Shown one piece after another: positions 12,633 through 24,366 of a DNA stretch of 64,000 nt. The DNA is from Camelus ferus. Its lineage: Eukaryota. The stretch lies in contig NC_045698.1 in assembly GCF_009834535.1 (NCBI RefSeq), positions 9,116,001 to 9,180,000 of the forward strand, in the 5' to 3' direction. How positions within the stretch are numbered: the stretch's first letter is position 1; each line of letters opens with the position of its first letter. The notes under the pieces were generated by a model, which was given only the letters and a program-made list of their open reading frames with translations, ran no database searches and had not been told where the DNA came from. The position numbers and the translations under genes were made by a program.

Positions 12633-13214
12633 TGTTACCAGGTGGAAGGACCCCTAAGTTAGGAAGCCCACCTAAGTGTGCATTCTTGCCACAGGGCTGT
12701 GAAAGAATTCGCACAGCAGAGGCAGAGGGACAAAGCTTTATTGCTCCAAAGGGGAAAAGGAAGGAAAGTGCTCCAGCAGGGAGAAGGGAAGATGAGCACC
12801 TGAGAGAGGACGAGGTGCTTGAGCTGGGAGCTGCCAGCCAGGCTGGCTCTGGCCTGGGTCGGGCCATGCGGGCTTTTATAGGAAGCTTCTGCCACCATGC
12901 CCTCCTTCTGGGTGTGATGAGCCAATCAGTCCTTGTTCGAGTTTTTTGGTCCTTGTATATGGACTTTTCTGGTTGTTGTCATGGTAATCGTCAACTCTCA
13001 TGTGCTGGTGAGTGTGTCATTTAGGATGCTCATGCATTCCAGTGAGCGTGTAATGAGGCTCAAGGTCCGCTGGAAGTCAAAGCCTCCACCACCTTGGACG
13101 CCAATGGTTCTGACCAGTTCCTGTTTCTTTCTTCAGCTGCCTCCTGAGACTTAGTCAGTTTCTAGATGAGGGAGGGGCAGGAGTATGATCCTGGGGGCAA
13201 CAGCCTTAGCAACA
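12633..13214 (-). mobile_element. ERV1-type solo LTR
   Basis: tgttacca...agcaaca termini. Minus-strand poly(A) signal 'ctttattg' near 12736 and TATA 'ttttatag' near 12874. Higher GC than the flanks. Confidence 0.8.
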
Positions 13215-13522
13215 AAAAGGAAAGTTGCTTTTAATCAGAATGCCTGTAATCTGGTGGATCCAGCACCCCACCCCCCATCCCCCTCAAATCATCTCCAAAA
13301 ACTCTGTTCAGCCATGAAAGTTCTAAAGGGAGATGAAGGAATAATCCCAATTAATTGTTGAAATAGGTGGACAGAGTCATTGTCATCCCCCAGTGCTTGC
13401 AGGCTTGTCCTCAACTGCTTGAGCCTGCTCTTCTATGACTCAGGGAGGCCTGGGAGACCAGCCTTTCTATAAATAAGAGGCAGGGGTTCAGAGGGGAGAG
13501 CACAGGGTTTGCCTCCCTTTCA
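13215..13522 (-). mobile_element. Second, different ERV LTR segment abutting the previous LTR
   Basis: 'aaaggaaagttgcttttaatcagaatgcc...gcctccctttca' ends in CA and is followed by TAAT, which matches TAAT at 12629-12632. Confidence 0.65.
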
Positions 13523-16044
13523 TAATAATAGCATAATTTTATTTTGTTTTTTATGTTGGGAAATATAGTTCCTATTTTAAAATACCTTTGAAATATACTT
13601 TGTTCTATTGTTTAAAGTTTTTAAAATATATTTCTTTTCTGATTTACTAACAATAAAAAAGAAAACAGGTAAAGCAAATTGATATTCATTGAAGTTTAGT
13701 GACATAATTGATGACAATCAGAAATAAATTTCCTAAGCAGGGACTGAAATATAGGGATTTTCACTACAAATTTACTACTTTCCCTGCTATACAATTTTCC
13801 TTTTTAATAATTATCATTAAGATTTGACTAATTTTATTAGAACTGTGTAAGAACTTTTTATAAATATAATAACATTTTAATATATCATCTTTATAAGAGA
13901 ATCAGAAAGGAATTGATCATTATGGATCTCAGTTTGTATCACTTGCTTATTAAATTATCATGATAATATAAGTACAAGTTAATGCTTCAATCCAATATGA
14001 AGGAAGAAATACTACTCAGGAAATACCATTATCTTCACTAGAGAATGATAAAAAAGAGCTTTAACTTTTATTTTTTTTTTGCTGTTATCTTGGTAAAATA
14101 AAGTTTAAGTCAAAGAAAGAATCTGTTGAAGTGTAACTTAATCAGGTTTGAGCATCACTCATTCCTAATAAGCAACATGAACCCTGCAGTGTCTTTTTAA
14201 TTCCTGTAACTAATTTATCATTCAAATCCACCCTGCCTCTAAGTTATATAGAGTAAATTACAACTTTTTTTTTTTACTTTTCACATGCCCTTTGGCTTAT
14301 AACTACATCAAAGATAGATCTGAGTTGCTCAGAAAAAAAATGCCTTCATGTCAGAATACATGCCACGTTATTTTTAAAGATGTTACAACATGGCTTATTT
14401 GACAAGACCACAGGATTTATTTTAAGAGGTGATAATAGCACATTGGCTTTGATTTTTATTTCTGTATTTAACATGACTTTGATAGAATAAGCATATTAAT
14501 TTGGTCCACTTAAAAACTTTATAATTGCTTTTCTATGTGAAGCTATGGAATAATAAGAAAACTGAATCTTTGCCAGAAATCTGGATGAAAATGTAACAGA
14601 CGAACCTCATCTCACGTGTACTCGTGAGCATTACTCAGGCTCCTAATCTGCAATATATAAAAATAGAATCTTTGGTGAATGAGAAAAATCATCATTTTTT
14701 GTTTTAATTCTTCACATAGCATTAATTAAATAAAATAATAAGTGACACAAATACGAATCATAAATGAGAATATAAATGAATTATTTTTTAGGTTTATTAA
14801 GTCTAAAACACCGATTTATTTCTTGGGTCCTGAAGATTAATCTGCAGGCATTTGGGACCATACCACTTCTAGTACCAAGAATTGTAGATTCTGATGAATT
14901 CTCTTATCAGTGAAAAAAGATGGTGGGCCCCCTTCTAATTCTCTTTGTGAGCATACGCTTAGGTATCAATGTCATCTCTTTCAAGAGACAACACTCAAAT
15001 TTAATCTGTTAAATATCGATGTTTGTCTGTGGCAAGTTTGTTTAAATAATTAGCTTTGTAAAATGAGACCGTAGCTTCAGGGTTAGCCAAGATTAGTTAA
15101 CCTATGTTGTAGGACAAATTTGAGGTATTCATTAAGTGCTTAAAGAAGGTCTAGAATCATGTCATATGCTGTGCACAGATGTCTATATTTATTTATTTTA
15201 CTTTGCTTCTATAGAAAATATGGACCACACATATGCCTGGATAATGGGTATTTACTAAATCTTATATTTTATAAAGTTGGCATTATTTTTTTAAAACTGA
15301 TTGAAACATTTTTATAATCTGGATTTTGTAAATTTAATAATTCTGAAGAGGAAAACCTAAAACTTAAGGTTGTGTTCATTGCACAAGTTTTAAAATATAA
15401 AAACAATGCTTCTCTCAAAAATCTTTGCATGTAATTTTATCACTGCCTTGTTTCTTTGCATGAAATTATTAATCATTCTGTGAGGGCACCGTTGTGTGGC
15501 TAATAAAAGTGGCATTCTAATTTTTAAAGTATACAAAATTTCTGTTGGCATTTTAACAAGCAGATAGGCTTATATTCTATTTCAAAAGTGCTCCTACTTT
15601 TTCATAAAGCTAGTAATTACCATGAAAGCTTTGGGTATCTTGGAAAATCCTTAGACAAATGAATTAAAAAATGATGATGAGTACAGCTGAACTTGGCACA
15701 AATTAACAAAGTCAATGCACAGCTTAGACCCAACGTTTTACTTTTAGAATATTAGTATCTTTCAATGGACGTGTTTATTCCCAAATTTCAAAAAATCAAA
15801 ATCTTAGCCAAAGTGTTCCTCCTGAGAATACCTGGAAGCATATGGTGGTACCTCCAAGTGCAGCAAACAGTCAGGACTCCTTTATAAGGGTCAAGCCTTT
15901 AAAGGGATATTTGTAGCCATCTGTGCCAAGTATTTTTCCATATCTCTGAATGAGAGTGCTATGCTCCTCTGTGCACTGTGCTATCCCAGTGTCGCATGGA
16001 AGAATTGTCTCAGCTGTACTGTCTCTGGATTCTTTTTCTTTTTT

Positions 16045-16136
16045 AATTTTTAATGCATCCAGCTTATTTATTAATCTTATTGGAGTAAGAACACTTAACA
16101 AATCTTAAGTGTGCAATACAGTATTATTAACTGTAC
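16045..16136 (-). mobile_element. L1MA-type 3' end fragment
   Basis: 'gtaagaacacttaacaaatcttaagtgtgcaatacagtattattaact' preceded by a T-rich tail. Confidence 0.65.
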
Positions 16137-16189
16137 TTCAGCTCTTCTCATCTCTCTCTGTCAAGAGGTGTATTATTAATATAATGTGT

Positions 16190-16282
16190 CTTAGGATTCA
16201 AATCCTGCCTCCACTTTTAATAGGCTACCTGACAGTGAACAAACCAATCAACGTTTATGAGCTTCTGTTTACTCATCGTTAA
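16190..16282 (+). mobile_element. MIR fragment split by the L1 insertion
   Basis: 'ggattcaaatcctgcctccactt...gagcttctgtttactcatcgttaa' is the MIR core. Confidence 0.65.
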
Positions 16283-16285
16283 GAT

Positions 16286-17592
16286 AAATATATGACAAAG
16301 GAGCCAAGAACATACACTGGAGAAAGGAAAGTCTCCTCAATAAATCATGTTGGGGAAACTGAATAGTAACATGCAAAAGAATGAAACTCGACCACTGTCT
16401 TACATCGTTCACCAGAATTAACTCAAAATGCATTGAAGATTTGAATATTAGATTTGAAACCATAAAATAACTAGAAGAAAACATGGGCAGTACACACTTT
16501 AACATCAGTCTTAGTAATATCCTTTTGGATATGTCTCTTAAGAAATGGAAACAAAAGCAAAAATAAACAAGTGGGACTCCATTAAGCTAAGAAGCTTTTG
16601 CATTGCAAAGGAAACCATCAACAATATGAAAAGATAACTATCAAATGGGAGAGGACGTTTGAAAGTCATATATCCAATAAGGGGTTAATGTCTAAAATAC
16701 ATTTTAAAAACTCACACAACTCAACAACATAAAAACAACAATCCAATTAAAAAATGAGCAGAGGCTCTGAATAAACATTTTTCCAAAGAAGATACACAGA
16801 TGGCCAACAGGCACATGAAAAGATGTTCAATGTCACTAATTATTAGAGAAATGCAAATCAAGACCACAATGAGATATCACCTCACACCTGTCAGAATGAC
16901 TATATCAAAAAGACAAGAAATAAGTGTTGGCAAGGATATGAGAAAAGGAAGCTCTTGTGAACTGTTGGTGGGAATGTAAATTGGTCCAGCTGCTATGGAG
17001 AACAGCATGGAAATTCATCCAAAAATTAGGAATAGAACTACCATATGATCCAGCTTTTCCACTTCTGGGTACTTACCCCCAAAATACAAAAACCACTAAT
17101 TAAAAAAATATATGCATGCTCACATTCATCCCAGTATTATTTACATTAGCCAAGCTATGGAAATAACCTAAGTCCCCATGGATGGATGAATGGATGAAGA
17201 TGCCATATATATATACATACAATAGGATACATTCAGCCATTGAAAAAAAGATGAAATCTTTCCATTTGCAACAACAGGAGGGTGTTATGCTAAGAGAAAA
17301 ATGTCAGACAGAAAAAGACAAATACCATATGAGTTCATTCATATATGGTATATATGTGGAAAAAGAACATAGACAAACCAAAGAAAACAAATACTTAGAT
17401 ACAGAGAACAGATTGATGTTTACCAGAGAGGAAGAGGGTTGGGGTAGGGAAAAATTAGTAAAGGGAGTGAATTGTATGGTGATAGCTGGAAACTAGAATT
17501 TTAGTGGCATGCTGTAGTGTGTCAGAAGTCCAATTATAATGTACATGGGAAACATGTATACTGTAAATCAGTTACCTCAATAAAAACAAACC
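16286..17592 (+). mobile_element. 5'-truncated L1 (ORF2 C-terminal region plus 3'UTR), decayed
   Basis: Encodes [48 protein letters not shown] and ELPYDPAFPLLG motifs with stops and frameshifts. Ends 'ttacctcaataaaaa'. Confidence 0.95.
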
Positions 17593-18411
17593 TCAAAATT
17601 TTTTTGATAATATTGCCTGTTTATACTCACCCACTAGCAAGTATAATATCAAAAGAAATATCACTCATATGATTAGATGCTAAACACTGGAATTCTATGA
17701 ATATATAAAATGTTCTGAATTCAAATCTTTATGTATGAGATGTTTATCTCTAACCTCTGAAGCATCCTCTGAAACAGTGCACAATAAAATATTTAAATTC
17801 CTGTCAGTATTATTTCTCTTAAAATAGAATTAAATAGACAGAAAAATACCAAGAGTTTTATTTTCTTCATTCGGCCATTTAATTTCCCTAAAACATTAAA
17901 AAATGTCTATTGACCAGACTCATAGACTCAGGTACTCTGCTCTAATTATTCACTATTCAAGGCAAATAAGAAAAATTTCATTGCATTTTATGTAGAGCCT
18001 TGCAACTACTGAATCAGAAAATTTGGCACGCCTGCCTCAGACAGGAGAGAGATATAAATAGAATGCATTCAACTTTTTGGAGGCGCAGTCCCTGTAAAGA
18101 GAAAAAAATATATATTTACAGCTATCGGGACAAATGCTCTTCTTGATAAGATGTAAGCTTCTTTTTTTGCAGTTCATCATTTTGTTCTTCTTACAATAAT
18201 GCTTATTTTGTTGTCAGTCAACCAGAATGTATACCTGAGATCAATTGAAAACAGGGAAGTCCCAGCTGCCATACCCACTTCGTATTGATAATCTTTTCAT
18301 GTTATTTGCACAAGCAGCTTGGATCGTTCTAATAGATCAGTAGATCAAACATGAATCATGGAAAGGAAGTTAATAGGTAGTTTGATAAGAGTCAACCAAA
18401 TTTACTTGAAC

Positions 18412-18488
18412 TTTCATCAAATTATTGGAATAAATTTCATAAATTATTTGAATAAATTTCATCAAGCTATTTGAATCAGCTATTTGAG
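18412..18488. repeat. Degenerate ~22-23-bp tandem repeat, about 3.5 copies
   Basis: tttcatcaaattattggaataaa / tttcataaattatttgaataaa / tttcatcaagctatttgaat / cagctatttgag. Confidence 0.8.
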
Positions 18489-18850
18489 TGATGTCACCAA
18501 GATGGCAGACTAGAATACTCCAGGCCTGTCCACCAACAAAGGTTCACATTTAGACAGCTTTTCACAAACCAGAACTCTCTGGGAGAGCTCTGGAGTTCCA
18601 ATTAAGAAATTCCAGCAACCCAGTAGAAAAAAAATGCCTGAGAATAATCACACAAAAAGGGAAGGAAAAACAACTCCGTTTTCCCTATGTAATCCCATCC
18701 ACCAAGCCAGCATTGCTCAGTGCCAAGAGGGGACTCCACAGCCAAAAGAGCTTCCCTGGCCTTCCAGGGCACCCCATCCAGAGACTGGCAAAGCTGAGAC
18801 GTAGAGATGGCTAAGAACAAGTGAGAAAAGCAGTTATCAGTGCCAGTCAA
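18487..18850 (+). mobile_element. Orphan L1 5'UTR (promoter) fragment, L1M2/L1MA-type
   Basis: Begins 'agtgatgtcaccaagatggcagactagaatactccaggcc' with the YY1-type CAAGATGGC motif typical of L1 5' ends. No ORF1 follows. Confidence 0.7.
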
Positions 18851-19079
18851 TGCATCAGAGCAATCCTTATAAGCAACACGTTGACTGATCAGAATTCCAA
18901 ATCAGATAACACGTGCAATTCACAAAAACAAAACCATTTATAGCGTTTGCATATAGAAGATGCTAAATAGAGATTAAAAATTCTTGAGTACCCATGCTCA
19001 ACATTTTCTGTTCTTTAGTAAGTCAGCATTAGTTGTTTACTTCATAGCAGGTAAGTATAGGGATAGGACCCTTAAAGCA

Positions 19080-19429
19080 TCAGAATATGACTATACTTGG
19101 GGATAGGACCTTTAAAGCAGTAATTAAATTTAAATGATATCATATAGATCCTAATCCAATCTGATTAATGTCCTTGTAACAAGAGGAAAGCTGTACACAC
19201 AAAGAGTCACCAGGAACGTGTGTGCGCAGAGGAAATAACGTGAGCACACCAGGAGAAGGCGGCCGTCTGCGAGCCAAGGAGTGAGGCCTCCGGGAGGCCA
19301 AACTTGCCACAGTTTGATCTTGAGCTCACTGGATCTTACGCCGCTGGAACTGCGAGACAATGCATTCCTAAATGTTTAAGCCACCCAGCCCGTGGTATCT
19401 TGTTAAGGCAGCTCTAGCAAACTGGTACA
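19080..19429 (+). mobile_element. MaLR solo LTR (MLT1A-like), 5' end missing
   Basis: 'gataggacctttaaagcagtaattaa...cctaatccaatctga...tgtttaagccacccagcccgtggtatcttgttaaggcagctctagcaaactggtaca'. Confidence 0.85.
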
Positions 19430-19789
19430 AACACCTTGCTCTGAAGTAGAGGAACCACGAAGCCAGGTGGAAATGGTAATGAAGAGACAGACATTGGAGC
19501 ACACGCAGCTTAGGCCCATGTTAGCCAGCAGTTAGCAGAAATGCTAGGAAGAGAGGAGTGAACAAGACGACTCAGTCCCAGCTCTTATCGGTCTTGTATG
19601 CTAAGGACTACAACCTGGATCTTTAACATAAGTACATGCACATTAACATGTGTTGTGCCCCAAATCCCTGTTCTTTCACTTGCAGATCTATTCTGATTTG
19701 GTAAATGTAGATACACAGCACTGTTTTTAACAGGCGCACAGTCTCACATTTTATGAGATATAATAGTTTGATTAACAATACTAATTTTT

Positions 19790-20057
19790 GATTGGGAGTT
19801 CGAGATTTGCAGATGCTAACTACTATATATAAAATAGATAAATGACAAGTTTATACTGTATAGCACAGGGAACTATATTCATTATCTTGTAGTAACTTAT
19901 AATTAAAAAGAATACGTATGTTCCTATACGACTGAAGCATTGTGCTGTGCACCAGAAATTGACACAACATTGTAAACTGACTATACTTCAATAAAAATAT
20001 ATTAATAAAAGAATTGTTCAACTAACTTCCCTAGTGATCAGAAATTAAAATTAAAAA
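19790..20057 (+). mobile_element. Young (camelid-type) L1 3' end, inserted in an old minus-strand L1ME fragment, with 15-bp TSD
   Basis: 'gggagttcgagatttgcagatgctaactactatatataaaatagata...ttgtaaactgactatacttcaataaaa'. TSD aatacta(a/c)tttttga at 19777-19791 and 20058-20072. Confidence 0.9.
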
Positions 20058-22140
20058 AATACTACTTTTTGACAATTAGACTGTTTCTAAGCATCACTGT
20101 TATAAAAGTTTAAGATATTAGGTTTGCCTGCGACCAAACTTTTACTTCTGAGAATTTTTACTGCTACCAGGTTAATGTATTTTTGGTGTATTAAAGTGGA
20201 ATTGGGAAAAGTTTCCGAAAACTCTCTGAAGCAATCAATGAACCAGCTCTACAGTGAGGCAGCAGTTTTAAGATGTGACAAGACTCTTTACAAAAATTCT
20301 TATTATTCAACATATGATTTAAGGAGTGACACTACTGTGAAAATAAATTTAGTCAAACATTGTATTTGTTATTGAAATATCATCATATTGCCCATTGAAT
20401 ATTAAGACTGAGATTTCTTGTCATTTTATACAATATTATTAGTGTTTTATTCCTCATTGATTAGTGCACTGAAATTCAGTACCATTGCGATATGTTTTTG
20501 TAATTTTTGGAATATATCTTAATAATTTTATACATAATGAAATGTTGTTTGCTACATATCACAAATGTCAAAAGTCTTAAGAGATAGTTCCCTGAAACTG
20601 TCATAAAATGTTTATATACTTACTAGAAAATCAAGAAACCTTTTCTTCCTTGCTTTCACTGTGAAAAGGGTCATTTTGGCTATGTTTACAAAAAAACAGG
20701 AAACAAATTTCATGTGTTATGAGTTGTTTGTGGATGGATTCAATTTCCTCACTTTCCTTTCATTTTTTTAAAATCACGTTATATTTATTTTCATTTAGGA
20801 GAATAATCTCACTTACAGTCAGTTTAATTTACTAGTTCATGAACTATTCCATTAAAATATTTTTATTCCATTTTAACAGAACTTCAATTCTTCTGCCATT
20901 TATATCTTGCCATTAGAGTCTTTTAAGACATCTTTCTTTGAAATGTATTTCTATATATCTGACTAAAGCTTCCTGTAACAATGCAATTTCTTCTGAATAT
21001 GATTCATTCATCTTGTGAACTTCTAATATGGTGCACATTAGACAGGCTTTGAAAAAGAGACAGGCTAAGTAAAATTCATTGACATTTTCTTGGATATATT
21101 TGGATTATCCACCTTTCAGTGTATTTACAGCTGTCATTTTAGGATACCTTCTTTTAATGCAGCTAAATAATTTATGTAGCGAAAAATACATGATTTTCAG
21201 GGTAATAGCACTTGGCCTCCTTATTTTTTCCTGTCTTTTTAAAAGGGGCAGAAGCACCATAACAAAATACACCAAGAATTTGGTTTGTCTTCTCCCAGTC
21301 TGGAGAAATTCAGCATATTGTCAAGAGACCCAACGGGTAGTATATAGTATATGATTTGAAAGGAGAACCAAAAGCATGCTGCAAGAGGAAAACATACAAT
21401 ATGTATGAATAATGAGTTCCTTCTTATGTTTTCTTTGCTTTTGTTAGGTTCTTAGCATCAACCAAGTAGCAGATGAGTAAATCATGATGAGTCTGCCCAA
21501 ACGTGTGTATTTCCCAGAGTGGTTTGAGGAAGAGGAGAATATATATTTAAAAAAAAAGATCTGTTATAAAAATGCCATCAACTCTGTTTTGAAGTGGCTT
21601 GTTACGTGTGCGGTGGCATGTTCGTCTTGCAAATGAACCTCAGGCTTCTTGGCTGCGCCTCTGCTTCCTGTCTGATTCTGGAGCATCTGGGGACAATTTA
21701 GGGGGAGTTCAAGGTACTCTGCCCTCACTCCTGAGTCAAGGTTGGGTTGGATTTCTCAGCGTGCTGCATGAGGTTGTTAAATTTCAGGCTTCTCCTGGAG
21801 TCTGCTGTCTTCATCCGTCTGTCTCTTTTGGGATCCAGGCTAGACAGGAGCTCCTTCTCCACAAAGTAAGGAGGTCCACTCACTCTCCCTCCCTGAACAG
21901 GAGGAAGTCCCACCTGTGGCTGCCCCCGGAAGAAGTGATTCTTTATTTCCCACTTCCGGTCTCCAAACATGGAGCAGGTGTAAAGGAAACAGGGAACAAA
22001 TAACTGGGGCCTGAAATTCTTTGCCTGAGCTAAACAGCCGCAAGTTCAAGAGCAGTGGCTTCTGTAAGAAAGCTCTGTAGACTGGACGCTTTGGCTCTGC
22101 CTGCTGTCAGTGGAGTCTTCGCATCAGGGATGTGCAGGTG

Positions 22141-22277
22141 TGGGGCAAGGCTACAGCACAAGTGGTAGAGCGCATGCTCAGCACCCAAGAGGTCAGGGGT
22201 TCAACCCCCAGTACCTCCTCCAAGCAGAAATCAATGAAGAAACCTAATTACCTCGCCCTCACAAAACAAACGATGCA
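22141..22277 (+). mobile_element. tRNA-derived SINE (camelid Vic-1-like)
   Basis: A-box-like 'agcacaagtggtagagc' and B-box-like 'ggttcaacccc', then 'agtacctcc...aaacctaattacctc' and an A-rich tail. 15-bp TSD agg(g/a)atgtgcaggtg at 22126-22140 and 22278-22292. Confidence 0.92.
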
Positions 22278-22298
22278 AGGAATGTGCAGGTGCCTCTG

Positions 22299-22310
22299 TG
22301 ACGTCACGTG
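22299..22310. promoter_or_regulatory. Perfect CRE (TGACGTCA) overlapping an E-box (CACGTG); candidate site only
   Basis: tgacgtcacgtg, with two retained CpGs in CpG-depleted DNA. Confidence 0.4.
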
Positions 22311-23189
22311 TTCTAAGGCAGCTTGACCAGAGCTGAGGTTTTCCTCCAGGGGTTTAAGTCTACACTCCAGCACCTTTTATGTGAAGGTGTATTTACCTGT
22401 GTGTTCAGGTGTAGGTGAACCTACTGGTGCATCTGAAGATGATTTAAACAGTAGTAAACAGATGCTTAAGAATTTACAGGCTTGATCACTGTCAAATATT
22501 TGCTTCACAAACAGCATCATAAGAAAGCAGGCTTAACGTGCAGTAGAAAGAGGGGAATGTGATGAAAGAAAAAATCCTCAATTTAAGAGGGTAAATCCTC
22601 TGCTTTGGGAAAATTCTCTAACATCCAAGCTGGTTATCCACTGAGCAGTATTCTGTGGGGAAATTAGCACTCTTTTGACTGTGCTGTTAGGAATTCTCTA
22701 GGCGCCAGGAATGGTCACTCTAACATAGATGAAGTTAATCTGGAAAGGCATTTGACTTTGTGCTGTGAGTCTTTTGTGGGTCCACATGTCTCCAACATTG
22801 GGTGTTTTTACACATTCCATGTTAAGGTACTGGCAGGTCACCTCCATACACACAAAAAAGAGTATGCACAGTTGACTAGAAAAAGTATGTAGTGTCCTGT
22901 TTGAAGGTGGAGAAAGCTGTTTCCTGAATCAGAACAAATAGTGCAGTACTGAGATGCTGAAAATACAAAGACCAAGAAATAAAATGTCAAAAGGGAGACA
23001 GAAGGGCTTAGCAAAAAGATGAAATGTAAATATAACAAGGAAACATCAAGGAAGAAGGGAGGACTGGTGAAGCTATATTGGAAATGTGTAAATGCTATAA
23101 AGAGGCAGGACTACTGACAGGCCCCTCCTGTGACAAGGGGTCACTGTATTACACATTGTATTGCTGGCCTGGCATGGTTTGTGATATGC

Positions 23190-23500
23190 TGTTATTATGT
23201 TCAACTTGGAGAAGCAGATGGACCCCGAATTTGGCTTGGATTTTGAGACTGATGAACACAAACACACACACACACACCCCAAGATGGCATGTAAAGGTTA
23301 AGTACTTATATAATTGGTATCTCCAGGGAGAGCAAGATGAGCCCCTCATGCAAGCATGCCATGTCTTGAGAGATAAGGAAAGGAGACTGGCCCGGCTGAG
23401 GTCTGGGTGAGCATTCCTATGGTGGACAGGGGCTTCTGGGGTTGGATTCTCCAGCTGACACCAAGAGAGGGAGCACCCAGGCTTTCTTATTAGCTTGCCA
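23190..23500 (-). mobile_element. ERVL-class LTR remnant (MER76-like) containing a short (AC)n
   Basis: 'ggagaagcagatggaccc...gagactgatgaacac...caagatggcatgtaaaggtt...cttgagagataaggaaaggagactggc' resembles recalled MER76-type sequence. Confidence 0.55.
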
Positions 23501-24366
23501 CATGGGAAAAAAATGCAACATCCTAGACAAAAGATGCAAGGAACATATTAATGACAAATTTATAGTTAGAAAGAATACTAAAGTAGTATAAACTGGTTTT
23601 ATTTTCAAATATTTAACGATTAATGAGCAGTTAAAGATATGTAATAGTGATAAAACAAATACAAAATATTCAAATATACATTAAGGGCATATAAATTGTG
23701 TATTATAATATTAAATAGAAAGTTATTTTTATATGTATGCTTTATTGATATAAATTACACATGATTGATTATAGAAATTAGATTGGCAAGGTTTATTTCT
23801 GATCAAATTTTGTATTGACGAATTTGTCAGGACTTAAGCAGTCCCTCACTCTATTTGTTTTGGGCAAGGAAAAGGCAAATAGTCTATGTGAAGATCAATT
23901 TGACAATAAAGTCAAATAAATTCTGAAGTGACTGATTCAACCATTAAGAAATGATTCTGGTAGATTTCAAAACTATGGCTACATGGCTCTGTGTAAATTG
24001 GAAAATTATTATTTACAAGTAGAAAATTGGCTAGATACAATCATATTAAGGGATAATATTCGTTCATTAAACCTATAGATTACCTTGGGTATCAAGTATG
24101 TAAATATTGAATTTAAAACTGGAGGAGTAAATATAGGTAGAGTTGGTTCATTTGGAGTGGGAATAGATAAGTAATTTTGGTGTGCAAATTCCAATCCTAT
24201 GTCTATGTAGCACTAATGTTACAAAAAGTAAGTCTTTTCTGTAGATTGTACCAATGGAGTCAACATAGCGCTGGCAGTATTCTCTGACTATACTGATTTA
24301 ATTGATGTTAATACTTGTTCTTTTAAGGGAATCTGAATTTCTTTCCAAAGAAGAACACGGTGATAT

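Noticed and set aside
12610..13154. Several 70-130 aa ORFs
   Set aside because: They lie inside a solo LTR and show no gag, pol or env motifs.
18412..18488. Short repeated units resembling an array
   Set aside because: Head-to-tail degenerate tandem repeat with no spacers, in mammalian DNA; not a CRISPR array.
21599..22049. Overlapping ORFs of 134, 81 and 69 aa
   Set aside because: No recognisable protein similarity, and in-frame stops flank them. Longer ORFs are expected by chance in a GC-richer patch.
22141..22215. tRNA-like sequence with A and B boxes
   Set aside because: It continues into a SINE body and A-rich tail, is flanked by a 15-bp TSD, and has a second copy at 41556-41680. It is a SINE, not a tRNA gene.
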